From the IMG/VR virus record IMGVR_UViG_3300024999_000053, positions 1 to 64,000 of that record: a stretch of 64,000 nt of DNA; one strand, 5' to 3'. The stretch's first letter is position 1. Each line of letters begins with the position of its first letter. The notes below the pieces were generated by a model. The model had not been told where the DNA came from. It did not search any database and saw nothing but the letters and a program-made list of their open reading frames with translations. The position numbers and the translations under genes were made by a program. Below, one piece after another: positions 9,988-19,433 of the stretch. Source of the DNA: a virus.

Positions 9988-10082
9988 AGTATTTTTAATA
10001 TTCCATAAATATAAAAATTTAAGATAGATAAAGGTGTTTTTGATTTTTCTTAAAAACACAAATTTTAATAATAAAACTCAAG

Positions 10083-10275
10083 AACTACTTAGAGAGTAGT
10101 AAAAACTATTCTAACACATCTTCCATCTTATTTTTATTAGTAAGAAACTGCGAAAGAGGAGAGTTAGATTCGTTCTGACTTTTCTCTAAGTAGTTTTATT
10201 TGCATAAATAATTCTTCGCAGTGTTATTTATGAATCAGAAATTACTAATAAAAAATAAGAAAGAAAAGGATGTGT
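10083..10275 (+). promoter_or_regulatory. Large structured leader with alternative pairings that sequesters the RBS
   Basis: TCTTATTTTTATTAGTAA (10126-10143) pairs 10242-10260; ACACATCTT pairs AGGATGTGT (RBS); AACTACTTAGAGA pairs TCTCTAAGTAGTT. Confidence 0.5.
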
Positions 10276-11457
10276 ATTAAAATGGAAAATAAAAATGAAT
10301 TATCGGTGTTCACAAGTGAACAATTTGGTCAAGTTAGAATTATGACTATTGATGGTGAGGATTATTTTAATCTTTATGATATTGGGTTTGGATTAGGTCA
10401 TATAAAAAAGAATGGAAAAGGAAAAGAATATTTAAGGAAAGATAGGATTGAAGATGCATGTGTAAAGCTTGATATAAAGGGAGTGTCCGTCACGGACACA
10501 AACTATAATATTACCAAAGATGTAGATTTTGATAATACATATATATCAGAAGATGCATTTTATGATTTATGTCTTGATAGCGAAGCTAAAAATGCACGAT
10601 TATTTCGTAAATGGATTACACTAGACATCCTCCCTTCTCTCCGTAAGCGTGGCGTATATATTATGGAGAATGCAAAAGACGAAGTTGTTGATAATGAGAA
10701 ATTATTTGGTAAACGTAGATTAAAGAATACTTTTGCTAATGCAGAAGTGCATGATGTTGAAAAACTATATGATGATTGTATTAACTATATAAATGATCAA
10801 TATAATACAAAAGACAAAATAAATATGTTGCAAAGTATTTATAATGGATTAGGTGAATTAAACTTCAAGTTATCTCAAGATGCGGTTAGAAATGTAGGAA
10901 AGTGCTATGACGTTTCGTTGTTACAACATAGAGTTTTACAAGATAAGGCAAAATATCAGAATAAAAGAAATGGTGGAATTAAGAGTTCTAAAACAAAAGA
11001 GATAGATAAAAGGGGAAGATTGATTTACGAACAAGATGAATTAATTAAAGAGCAACAAAACAAACTGGATTTTTTAGATCCTGATATTGAAGAATTTACA
11101 GTTATACCAAGACATGGGTTTTCAGTAAATTATATGACAAAAACAATAGTTGATAATAATGGTAAATTGAAAACAATAACATCAGATGAATATAGAAGAT
11201 GGCAAAATAACTTTCCAAATGAAATTATATCTCATGAAGAACATATTAATTGGAATGAAAAGATTTATATATGGCTAAGATTTGATGCTATAGAATCTAT
11301 GGATTGTGACAATATGTGTAAATCTGCAATAGATCAAATCGCAAGACAATATAATGCCAATGACGGGAATGTACAAATTAGAGAAGCAACGATAAATAAA
11401 GTTGTAAAGTCATATGGTGAAGGAAGAATTTTTTACATCATTAAGAATGTAGAATAG
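10270..11457 (+). CDS. Bro-N domain protein with RusA-like C-terminal domain (likely start 10282)
   Basis: FTSEQFGQVRI...ARLFRKWITLDILPSLRKRG Bro-N; C-terminal FSVNYM...MDCDNMCKSAIDQI; paralog of 61630. Confidence 0.7.
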   Translation: MCIKMENKNELSVFTSEQFGQVRIMTIDGEDYFNLYDIGFGLGHIKKNGKGKEYLRKDRIEDACVKLDIKGVSVTDTNYNITKDVDFDNTYISEDAFYDLCLDSEAKNARLFRKWITLDILPSLRKRGVYIMENAKDEVVDNEKLFGKRRLKNTFANAEVHDVEKLYDDCINYINDQYNTKDKINMLQSIYNGLGELNFKLSQDAVRNVGKCYDVSLLQHRVLQDKAKYQNKRNGGIKSSKTKEIDKRGRLIYEQDELIKEQQNKLDFLDPDIEEFTVIPRHGFSVNYMTKTIVDNNGKLKTITSDEYRRWQNNFPNEIISHEEHINWNEKIYIWLRFDAIESMDCDNMCKSAIDQIARQYNANDGNVQIREATINKVVKSYGEGRIFYIIKNVE

Positions 11458-11459
11458 GA

Positions 11460-11509
11460 AACTAATAAAAGGAATCATAAACACAACGATATGATTCCTT
11501 TTATTAGTT
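11460..11509 (+). terminator. Long hairpin/terminator
   Basis: AACTAATAAAAGGAATCATA...TATGATTCCTTTTATTAGTT, 20-bp perfect inverted repeat. Confidence 0.6.
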
Positions 11510-11552
11510 AATTTAATAAGAAATTTTAAAATTAAAGGAGTGTCATTTAATT

Positions 11553-11828
11553 ATGGAAAAAGTTACATTTAGATATTCTGATTCTAACTTTTGTGCTTAT
11601 TTAGTTTATTTAGGTTTTGAAATCATTGGATTTGACATTGTAGAAAAACGTGGAAATAAAGCAAAAGTATTTCTTCATTTTGAAGGAGTTAGAGAAGAAT
11701 TAATTGATTTATTTAACAAATTCCATACCAATGATATTCAAGTTAACCCTAATACATTTGGAAAGTCAAAAAACACTGTATTAAAAATAGTTAAAGAACA
11801 TTTACACAAATATATAAACAATAAATAA
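11553..11828 (+). CDS. Small DUF5659-like protein
   Basis: SDSNFCAYLVYLGFEI...KVFLHFE. Confidence 0.55.
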   Translation: MEKVTFRYSDSNFCAYLVYLGFEIIGFDIVEKRGNKAKVFLHFEGVREELIDLFNKFHTNDIQVNPNTFGKSKNTVLKIVKEHLHKYINNK

Positions 11829-11858
11829 TTTATTATAAAGTAAGGGAGGCATTTAATT

Positions 11859-13337
11859 ATGCTAGTAATCAAGAAAAAGAAACTAAGAGTTAGTGATGTT
11901 GTAACAGGAGAACAAATAAAAATATGGAATTTAGGAGACATCATAACAATAAAAGCAGGTACAGGCGTAGGCAAGAGTTGGTTAATCAAAAATATACTTT
12001 ATGCTATTGCAAAAGGTGAAAATAAGAAAATATTAATGCTTATACATAGGAGTAATTGTACAGAACAATTTATTGATGAAATATCAAGGGACAATAAATC
12101 AGATGTAATAGATATAAAGACTTATCAAAAACTAGAATACAAAGAGTTAAAATCATATTTTAATGATTTAAGTGAATATAAATATATTGTCTGTGATGAA
12201 TTTCATTATTTCATGTCTGATGCATCTTTCTCAAAAACAACAGATATGTCATTTGATTTGATATTAAGTCAATCATCAGCAATAAAAATATTCATGAGTG
12301 CCACTGGAGATCAAATGAAGAGATTTATCAATGACAATAAAGGAATAGAAACAATAGACTATGAATTACCTATTGATTTTGATTTTATTGAGGATTTATC
12401 TTTCTTTCATAATGATGAAACTTTTGATATGTTTATGGATGAAATAATTACAAGAAATGAGAAAGCAATTTTCTTTATTCAGTCTGCAAAGAAAGCATAT
12501 GAATTGTGTAAAAAATATAAAGATTATTGTTTATTTAATTGTAGTAAGCATAATAGTGATTATTATAAATATGTAGACAAAACAAAGATTAAGGAAATGC
12601 TAAAGAATGAAAAATTTGAGGAATTAATCCTAATTACAACGACATGTATGGACGCAGGGGTTAATTTAGTTGACACTGAAATAAAGCATGTAATATGCGA
12701 GGTTGAAGATACTGGAGTCCTAGTGCAATGTATTGGAAGAAAAAGAATACAAAGTGAAGATGATAAATTTCATCTATACATAAAGATAATCAACAATAAT
12801 TCATTAGGTGGCAAAGAAACTCAGTTAAAGAAGAAAATACACATGGCTAATTTTCTGAAAGAGCATACTGTCAAGGAGTTTATAGAAAAATTTCCAAGAC
12901 AATATGATTATTCAAATATGGTTTATGATAATATTGTCTTAGAAGATAATATGTGTACAAAGAAAGTAAATGAATTAATGTTTTTTAAATGTGAGGAAGA
13001 TTTAGCAGAAATATTAACTATAGTAGGATATGGAAAATATGGATATTGTAAATACCTAAAGGAGATTTTTGGTATGGATGAATATAGAGTTATTGAAGAA
13101 GATGATAAAACAGATGAATTAATAAAGTATTTGGATAAAATTATTGGGAAAAGATTGTTAAAAGAAGATCAAAAGGAATTGATTGATATTGTAAATTTAA
13201 GAGATTCTAGAAATAGACAACAAAAATCAATAGGACAATTAAACGAGTATTTTAAAGCAAATAAATTAAAATATTTAATTATATCTAAGAAAAGTGGTTC
13301 AGTTAGATATTGGGAAATTATTAATGATATTGTATAA
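11859..13337 (+). CDS. SF2 (DExH) helicase with short basic C-terminal domain
   Basis: Walker A AGTGVGKS, motif II CDEFH, motif III SAT, motif V TTTCMDAGVN, motif VI QCIGRKR. Confidence 0.85.
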   Translation: MLVIKKKKLRVSDVVTGEQIKIWNLGDIITIKAGTGVGKSWLIKNILYAIAKGENKKILMLIHRSNCTEQFIDEISRDNKSDVIDIKTYQKLEYKELKSYFNDLSEYKYIVCDEFHYFMSDASFSKTTDMSFDLILSQSSAIKIFMSATGDQMKRFINDNKGIETIDYELPIDFDFIEDLSFFHNDETFDMFMDEIITRNEKAIFFIQSAKKAYELCKKYKDYCLFNCSKHNSDYYKYVDKTKIKEMLKNEKFEELILITTTCMDAGVNLVDTEIKHVICEVEDTGVLVQCIGRKRIQSEDDKFHLYIKIINNNSLGGKETQLKKKIHMANFLKEHTVKEFIEKFPRQYDYSNMVYDNIVLEDNMCTKKVNELMFFKCEEDLAEILTIVGYGKYGYCKYLKEIFGMDEYRVIEEDDKTDELIKYLDKIIGKRLLKEDQKELIDIVNLRDSRNRQQKSIGQLNEYFKANKLKYLIISKKSGSVRYWEIINDIV

Positions 13338-13343
13338 ATAAAG

Positions 13344-13580
13344 TTTGGGACAATTCATGGAATAGTCTTTAACAGCCTTATCCAAAAATTGTCCCAAATA
13401 ATTATAAATCATTATTCATGAAGTAATTTTGGGACACCAAAATTTCTGAAATGATCCTCGATGGAAATCGCCCTAGTAAAAATAATATAATAAATATCAT
13501 AAAACATATATTAATCAAATTGGGGGAAACGTAATTTTGTGCCAAAATTCCGATAGCATTTCCCCCAAACCCCCCTTTGC
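13344..13580. other. Helicase-linked non-coding element: inverted repeat plus conserved hairpins (origin/ssi-like)
   Basis: TTTGGGACAATT/AATTGTCCCAAA 13344-13398; TCATGAAG-hairpin-CTGAAATGA 13416-13454; GTAATTTTGTGCCAAAATTCC 13531-13551. Confidence 0.55.
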
Positions 13581-13733
13581 CTATGATATTTTATAATTCT
13601 TTCATATTTTCTAACTAAACCAATAAATAAAATTAATGTCGAAACAAATCACATTAAATTCATTGTATCTTCCTCCTTTTTCATATATACTACTTTACAA
13701 ATAAAGAATAAAAAGTAAGAGGAGGAAAACAAT

Positions 13734-15443
13734 ATGAAAAGAAATCAATTCCCTAAAAAACTATTAACCACAATTTCCACAATCACATTATCAGTTGCCC
13801 TATTATTCACATCAATCACTCCAATATTAGCTTCTGAGGTGAATTTGTCACCTCAACATCAAGTATCAAATTTAAATTCACAACAATCCCTTCTATCAAC
13901 AAAAACAGTAAAACCAACAAAAGTAACATTAGATTCCAAAACATTGCAATTAAATGTAGGAGATAATGAAACTTTAACTCCTACTATATCACCTTCAACA
14001 GCCACAAATCAGTCAGTTACTTGGAAATCAAGTAATACTAAAATTGCTTCTGTTGATTTAGATGGTGTAATCACAGGAATTAAAAAAGGAAGAGTAATTA
14101 TCACTGTAACAACGGTTGACAGCAAGAAAACTGCTAAATGTGTGGTTACTGTAAAAACTGCTCCAATCATAAATGTCACAGGTATTAATTTAAATGAAGA
14201 AAATATATCCATGAATGTTGGAGATAGTGATATTTTGACTGCTACAATTACTCCAGACAATGCTACTAATCAAAATGTAACTTGGAGTTCTAGCGATGAA
14301 TCAATTGTAACAGCAAATTCAGAAGGTGAAATAGAAGGTATAAGTTCAGGAGATGCCACTATTACAGCAACAACAAAAGATGGGAATAAGAAAGCAACTT
14401 GTGAAATTACTGTAGTTGCTGTAGAAGATGATACTCCAATTGTAAATGTTGAAAGCGTTAGCTTGGATAGAAAAATCATATCTATGAAAGTTGGAGAGAA
14501 TGAAATATTAACTGCTACCATAAATCCCAATGATGCCACTAATAAAAATCTAATTTGGAATTCTAGTAATGAATCAGTATTGACAGTTGATCAAAGTGGC
14601 AGAATAGTAGCAGTAAGTTCTGGTTCATCGGATATCACTGTCACATCTATAGATGGTAATAAGACAGATATTTGTAAAGTTACTGTAGAGAGTAATGAAA
14701 TACCATTAACTATTAATTCAATTGCAGATATTACTCAATCTATTAACCAAAATGATTCATATTCTCCTCCAACAACTGTAGAAGCTTTAATGAGTGATAA
14801 TACTAAAAAACAAGTAGGAATTACTTGGAATACTACAACCATAAGTTCTTTGTTATCTAATTCAGTAATTAATGATAATGATTTAACAAATGATTTTAAC
14901 AAGGAATCATTAGAATCTTTAAAATCATTAACTAAATCAAATTCTATATTTAATGTTGAAGAAAAAGAAAAAATGGAAAACAAAATTAAAGAAGAGGAAT
15001 CAGATTTTAAAAATTCATTGGATTTAGATGTAAATGAAACTAGAACACAATTATCATCAACTCTTACAATTGATACAAGTAAATCTGGAATATTTACTTA
15101 TTATGGGAATGTTAATGGATATGATAAACAAGTAAAATTAACATTGACTATAAAATCAATTAGTTCTGTGAAGTTTTTCCCATTATTATCTGATGTACCA
15201 ATGCCAGTAGGGTATGATTATAAGAAAGTTTCAGTAACTAGTGGTACTGTATTTTACTATTATGATATGAATGCTTTTAGTTTTTTGACTTTTTCAGAAT
15301 CAATAAAACCTTATGGATGGACATATTACAAAAGTGATTATGATAATCAAGGACTTTCTATTTTCTATTTTAGAAAAGGTAGTTCTTTGATAGGAATGGC
15401 ATGGATCGGATATGATAGAGTAATTTATGGGAAGATTCGTTAG
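13734..15443 (+). CDS. Secreted/surface protein with three Big_2 and one Big_4-like Ig domains (moron)
   Basis: Signal peptide; three ATNQ/K.VTW.SS repeats; TIDTSKSGIFTYYGNVNGY; own RBS and downstream hairpin. Confidence 0.8.
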   Translation: MKRNQFPKKLLTTISTITLSVALLFTSITPILASEVNLSPQHQVSNLNSQQSLLSTKTVKPTKVTLDSKTLQLNVGDNETLTPTISPSTATNQSVTWKSSNTKIASVDLDGVITGIKKGRVIITVTTVDSKKTAKCVVTVKTAPIINVTGINLNEENISMNVGDSDILTATITPDNATNQNVTWSSSDESIVTANSEGEIEGISSGDATITATTKDGNKKATCEITVVAVEDDTPIVNVESVSLDRKIISMKVGENEILTATINPNDATNKNLIWNSSNESVLTVDQSGRIVAVSSGSSDITVTSIDGNKTDICKVTVESNEIPLTINSIADITQSINQNDSYSPPTTVEALMSDNTKKQVGITWNTTTISSLLSNSVINDNDLTNDFNKESLESLKSLTKSNSIFNVEEKEKMENKIKEEESDFKNSLDLDVNETRTQLSSTLTIDTSKSGIFTYYGNVNGYDKQVKLTLTIKSISSVKFFPLLSDVPMPVGYDYKKVSVTSGTVFYYYDMNAFSFLTFSESIKPYGWTYYKSDYDNQGLSIFYFRKGSSLIGMAWIGYDRVIYGKIR

Positions 15444-15712
15444 AATTGATTTGGGAGTATTGTGTTTTTGATTTGAATTGAAATTTGACCTCTGATTTGT
15501 TTCAGAGGTCATTTATTATGGATTATGATGTATTAAGCAAGCGTGAGGATTGCTTGTGTTGAGTCAGAAATGTTTGTTGGTATGATTGTAAGGGTCGGAA
15601 TGATTTTGTGGATTAGAATGGATTATTAATAAAAGAACTAAAGAAAAGAGACTTCAGTGGAGTGAAGTCTCTATCAAATTATATAATATTTTATTTATGT
15701 ATTTTATCTATC

Positions 15713-16576
15713 CTATCCCAAAACAACTAAATTCTTACCTTTCTCCTTTCTATCTAACAAGATATCATAAATATAATCAATTCCAATTGTCTTAACTCTA
15801 GTCAATTCTGAATCAATATCATCTCGATCATTATTGTCACAAGAAATATTAAAGTAATTCTCAAAGCCTTTATTTGGCAAATTTTTATATCTACCTTTAA
15901 TTTTATTTTTGCTAATAATGCCACAATCTCTAAGAATACTTGGTAGGGTTTTCTTATTGACTTTAATTTTACTCCCTTCTTCTTTGCTTCTAGTGCTTAA
16001 CATTTTAGAAACTTGCTCAAATGTATATGTACCTTCAGCATCAAGAAATACTCCATACTTATCAAGTTTTGGTTGCGCTTCTTTTAGAAGTTTATCTTTT
16101 TGTTCTAGTTCTAATGCTAGTCTTCCTGCTTCAAATAATGCTTCACCATAAGTTTTAGGAATTGATTTGAATAATTCTTTTCTCATGGAGAAGTAATTAT
16201 TGATGAGTTTGTTGTATTGTTCCCATGCAAACTCATCATCTAGAATTTTAAGGAGTTTTGTATAGCCTTTTTCTGAGAGTATGTAGATGTTTGAAGCTCT
16301 ATTTATTGAATTTTGACTAAATATTCCGTGGTTCATTAGAAGAACCTCGAATTCTAAGTCCTTAATATCAATAATATCTACATTATCTTCGAATCTGGTT
16401 CTATTAGAATTGATTTGTTTGTTGATATATTTTAGTTCTTTACCGTGTAATATAGCAATATCTTTAACTAACATGCTTTTCTGATTCTCACCAAATCCTC
16501 CTTCAATTCCGTTAAACTCCATACCGTCAACATTTTGGACTCCTAATAATTTTAATTCGGTTGTCATTGTTGTCAT
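15713..16576 (-). CDS. ORF6N-domain antirepressor-like protein
   Basis: IEGGFGENQKSMLVKDIAILH...IYILSEKGY; PKTYGEAL linker; KilA-C-like tail. Confidence 0.75.
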   Translation of the reverse strand: MTTMTTELKLLGVQNVDGMEFNGIEGGFGENQKSMLVKDIAILHGKELKYINKQINSNRTRFEDNVDIIDIKDLEFEVLLMNHGIFSQNSINRASNIYILSEKGYTKLLKILDDEFAWEQYNKLINNYFSMRKELFKSIPKTYGEALFEAGRLALELEQKDKLLKEAQPKLDKYGVFLDAEGTYTFEQVSKMLSTRSKEEGSKIKVNKKTLPSILRDCGIISKNKIKGRYKNLPNKGFENYFNISCDNNDRDDIDSELTRVKTIGIDYIYDILLDRKEKGKNLVVLG

Positions 16577-16800
16577 GTTTTTAATTACCTCTTTCTTTTA
16601 ATTAAATTATTTTTGTATTATTATGACTTACAAAGTTGTTGAAATTTTTACCTTATGTATCTATCGCTCAAGGCCCATCTCTTATGATAATATCACCTCC
16701 TTTCTATATTGTATTTTCTATTTGTATCTCCTTCGTTATTATAACATGGATAAGTTGGATTTGTAAAGTATAAAATAAAATTAATTAGGAGGTTAACTAA

Positions 16801-17232
16801 ATGAAAGTTGGACACAAAGTCACAAATTATGATATTACTCTTACTGATAAAGATATTGCTATTCTAATAGAGTGCATCCAAAAAGCAAAATTAGATAATT
16901 TTAGACATCAAAATCATGCTGAATCATTATTAGAGGATTTTGTTGGAATTTTTCTTGATGAAAATTATGAAAAATATGTTGGTAGATATTTAGAATTAGT
17001 TGGAATATATTTGAAGTATAATCATAAGATTGAAGATGATAAGATTGAAAAATTGATAGAGAAAACAAGAGAAGAAATTGAAGATGATAAAAATTATGTA
17101 TTTCATTATGATCCAGAGGATTATGCAAGTAGTTTATTTGAAACTGAATGTAATAACATTGAGGATATGCCAAAAAGATTGAGATTTCGCAATATTGATG
17201 AATATGATAATGATAATGATGAAATGCAATAG
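16801..17232 (+). CDS. Hypothetical protein; C-terminal half similar to 17936-18184
   Basis: EDDKNYVFHYDPEDYA versus KNDPSYVFHYNSKYWS. Confidence 0.6.
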   Translation: MKVGHKVTNYDITLTDKDIAILIECIQKAKLDNFRHQNHAESLLEDFVGIFLDENYEKYVGRYLELVGIYLKYNHKIEDDKIEKLIEKTREEIEDDKNYVFHYDPEDYASSLFETECNNIEDMPKRLRFRNIDEYDNDNDEMQ

Positions 17233-17272
17233 GTTTGTTGTATGTTTATTGTAAAGCAATAAATAATATTAT

Positions 17273-17301
17273 TTGACATATACGATTATTTATGATATAT
17301 T
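17273..17301 (+). promoter_or_regulatory. SigA-type promoter for the DUF3990 pair
   Basis: TTGACA-17-TATATT with TG extension. Confidence 0.55.
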
Positions 17302-17385
17302 TATTGTAGATAATTTATTTTGACCAATTAATACATATAGAAAATAAATAATTTACATTATGAGAAACGCGATTAAAAATTATTA

Positions 17386-17964
17386 TTGGAGAGTTTTATG
17401 CCTAAATTTAATGAAATAAAGAAAGTTTATCATGGAACAACTAGTAATTATGCTGAGCAAATACTTAGAAGGATTAATATAAAACGTGGAAGTCCTTGGG
17501 CTGATTTTGGTCAGGGATTTTATACCACATCGAGTTTTATACAAGCATTAAATTGGGCAAGAAAAAGGCGTGATTGGTATAATTTATTTAACCCTAAAGA
17601 ATTAGTTGATGGAATTATTATGTCTTATAAATTGGATATTGAGAATTTAGTTAATCTTAATGGATTAATATTTAACCATCAAGGACATGAATGGGCGAGA
17701 TTTATTCATAAAAATAGATCAGAAAAGATAAGTTTTACTCATGATAAAGATTTTGTTTATGGTTCGGTCGCAGACGGTAAAATTGATGAGTTGATTAAAA
17801 GTTTAGATTCTGGTATAATAAACATGAGTGATTTCAAACAATTAATTGATTCAAAAAGATATGGTTTTAATGATCAATTATCTTTTCATACAGAGTTATC
17901 TATACAATGTTTAAAATTTATTAAGGAAGTGAAATATGATGATCAGAAAAAAGTATCTAATTAA
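17386..17964 (+). CDS. DUF3990-family protein (predicted ADP-ribosyltransferase-fold toxin)
   Basis: VYHGTT...DFGQGFYTT...QALNWA...WARFIHKNR...DFVYGSVADG...QLSFHT. Confidence 0.75.
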   Translation: MESFMPKFNEIKKVYHGTTSNYAEQILRRINIKRGSPWADFGQGFYTTSSFIQALNWARKRRDWYNLFNPKELVDGIIMSYKLDIENLVNLNGLIFNHQGHEWARFIHKNRSEKISFTHDKDFVYGSVADGKIDELIKSLDSGIINMSDFKQLIDSKRYGFNDQLSFHTELSIQCLKFIKEVKYDDQKKVSN

Positions 17965-18184
17965 AGAGGTTGATAGTAGGAAATATCGTGAAAACTACAT
18001 TAATGAAGTATATTCATCCTTAAAGGAGTTTGGTTTAGGTAAAAATGATATAAGTGTATTAATGGGTAAATTTAAAGACATGATTAAGAATGATCCTTCT
18101 TATGTGTTTCATTATAATTCTAAATATTGGTCAGATTATATTATTGAAGCGAGTGGTATAAATAAGCAATTAATGATCGTATAA
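17936..18184 (+). CDS. Small partner of DUF3990 (putative antitoxin)
   Basis: Overlaps the toxin 3' end; own RBS AAGGAAGTG. Confidence 0.55.
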   Translation: MMIRKKYLIKEVDSRKYRENYINEVYSSLKEFGLGKNDISVLMGKFKDMIKNDPSYVFHYNSKYWSDYIIEASGINKQLMIV

Positions 18185-18388
18185 GATTGTACGATAATAG
18201 AGGGTTTTGTTTTGAAGTGCTTGTGTAATTAATAAATAAAATTATTTGACGTTGTTTATGTGAGTATGATATAATTTATCTATATAATTGATTCGAGTCT
18301 CTTCTATCTATTAATACATATACATATGCTTTATATTTTGTTAAGGCATGTGAGTTTGTGAATATGGTATAATATATAGGAGAAGGGA

Positions 18389-18601
18389 TTGATGGTTGTG
18401 GATAAAGTAGTTAAAAATAGATTGGGAGAGATATTGGGAGAAAGAGGCATATCTCAAACTTGGGTATCTAAAAAAACAGAAGTTACAAGACAAACAATAT
18501 CTAATTTAATTAATCATAGATTCTGTCCAAGTTTAGAATTAGCTTTTAAAATATGCGATGCTCTAGGTTTAGAATTAACTGACGTATTTTATTACGAATA
18601 A
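18389..18601 (+). CDS. Cro/CI (XRE) HTH regulator
   Basis: KNRLGEIL...SQTWVSKKTEVTRQTISNLIN...PSLELAFKICDAL. Confidence 0.85.
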   Translation: MMVVDKVVKNRLGEILGERGISQTWVSKKTEVTRQTISNLINHRFCPSLELAFKICDALGLELTDVFYYE

Positions 18602-18630
18602 TATTAGTTAAAATATTTTCATATAATGTA

Positions 18631-18659
18631 TTGACATAGTATACACTAACCCTTATACT
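18631..18659 (+). promoter_or_regulatory. SigA-type promoter
   Basis: TTGACA-17-TATACT; homologous copy at 25018-25047. Confidence 0.6.
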
Positions 18660-18730
18660 AATATTAGTTAAGGAATACAAATTAATCGGCCTTAACATTT
18701 TAGAAGTATAGAGGAGAGTGCTATATTTAT

Positions 18731-19168
18731 ATGGAAAAATTATATTGCATCAAGGATTCAAACAACCGTTTTGGTGGTCATATCAATATCTGCTCAAATT
18801 CTATGACCAAACGCAATGTTGATTGGAAATGGGACTACTACTCCACTGAAATTCCAATGACAGCAATTATCAATGGTAGAGAAGTTGTTGAACTTAAAAT
18901 CCAGAAACTTGAAGAGTTAAATGCTTTGGCAAAATATGATTTAACTTTTGAAATTGCTGAATTTACTCATGAGCAATGGGAAGTTATGATTGATGACTGT
19001 CATAAGAAATATGTGGTATTGGGTGTAGATCCTATGATGGTGAGTCATTATACCTCTTCAATTAAAATGAAGGATATTGAGAAAGGCTGTATTGGAGCAC
19101 ATCGAAGAGCAGTGAGGGATATTTATAGGAAGTATAAAACAAAGGAATACATAGTACAGTTGGTGTAA
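18731..19168 (+). CDS. Hypothetical protein
   Basis: 145 aa ORF with RBS GAGGAG. Confidence 0.65.
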   Translation: MEKLYCIKDSNNRFGGHINICSNSMTKRNVDWKWDYYSTEIPMTAIINGREVVELKIQKLEELNALAKYDLTFEIAEFTHEQWEVMIDDCHKKYVVLGVDPMMVSHYTSSIKMKDIEKGCIGAHRRAVRDIYRKYKTKEYIVQLV

Positions 19169-19169
19169 T

Positions 19170-19364
19170 ATGGGAAAATTGATTCAATTCCCTTGTAGAG
19201 ATGAGTATGATGTGTGGTATTGTGAGTATTGTGAGTATGAGGAATATTATGAGAATGGTAATGAGTTTGAGGATATTAATCAAGATTATGAAGTTTTAGT
19301 TAAAGAGAATTTTATTAGAGGACTTGTCAGGAAATGTTTGATGTTTGTTTTGGTTAGATTGTGA
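19170..19364 (+). CDS. Small acidic hypothetical protein
   Basis: 64 aa; follows previous stop by one base; MGKLIQFP start. Confidence 0.45.
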   Translation: MGKLIQFPCRDEYDVWYCEYCEYEEYYENGNEFEDINQDYEVLVKENFIRGLVRKCLMFVLVRL

Positions 19365-19433
19365 TTATTATGGTTTGAATATTATGGGGATTTCACTATC
19401 CCCTTCCTCCTTTAATAATATTTTATTTATTGC

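Noticed and set aside
13416-13475. Hammerhead ribozyme (CTGAAATGA...GAAA)
   Set aside because: Core is not CUGANGA and the required stems and GAAA/UH are not present in both copies
18290-18310. tRNA 3' fragment or att site (TTCGAGTCTC)
   Set aside because: No cloverleaf or CCA; better explained as part of the duplicated XRE cassette
19190-19290. GAGTATTGT short repeats as a CRISPR array or iterons
   Set aside because: Irregular, no spacers, lies in a Tyr/Glu-rich small ORF
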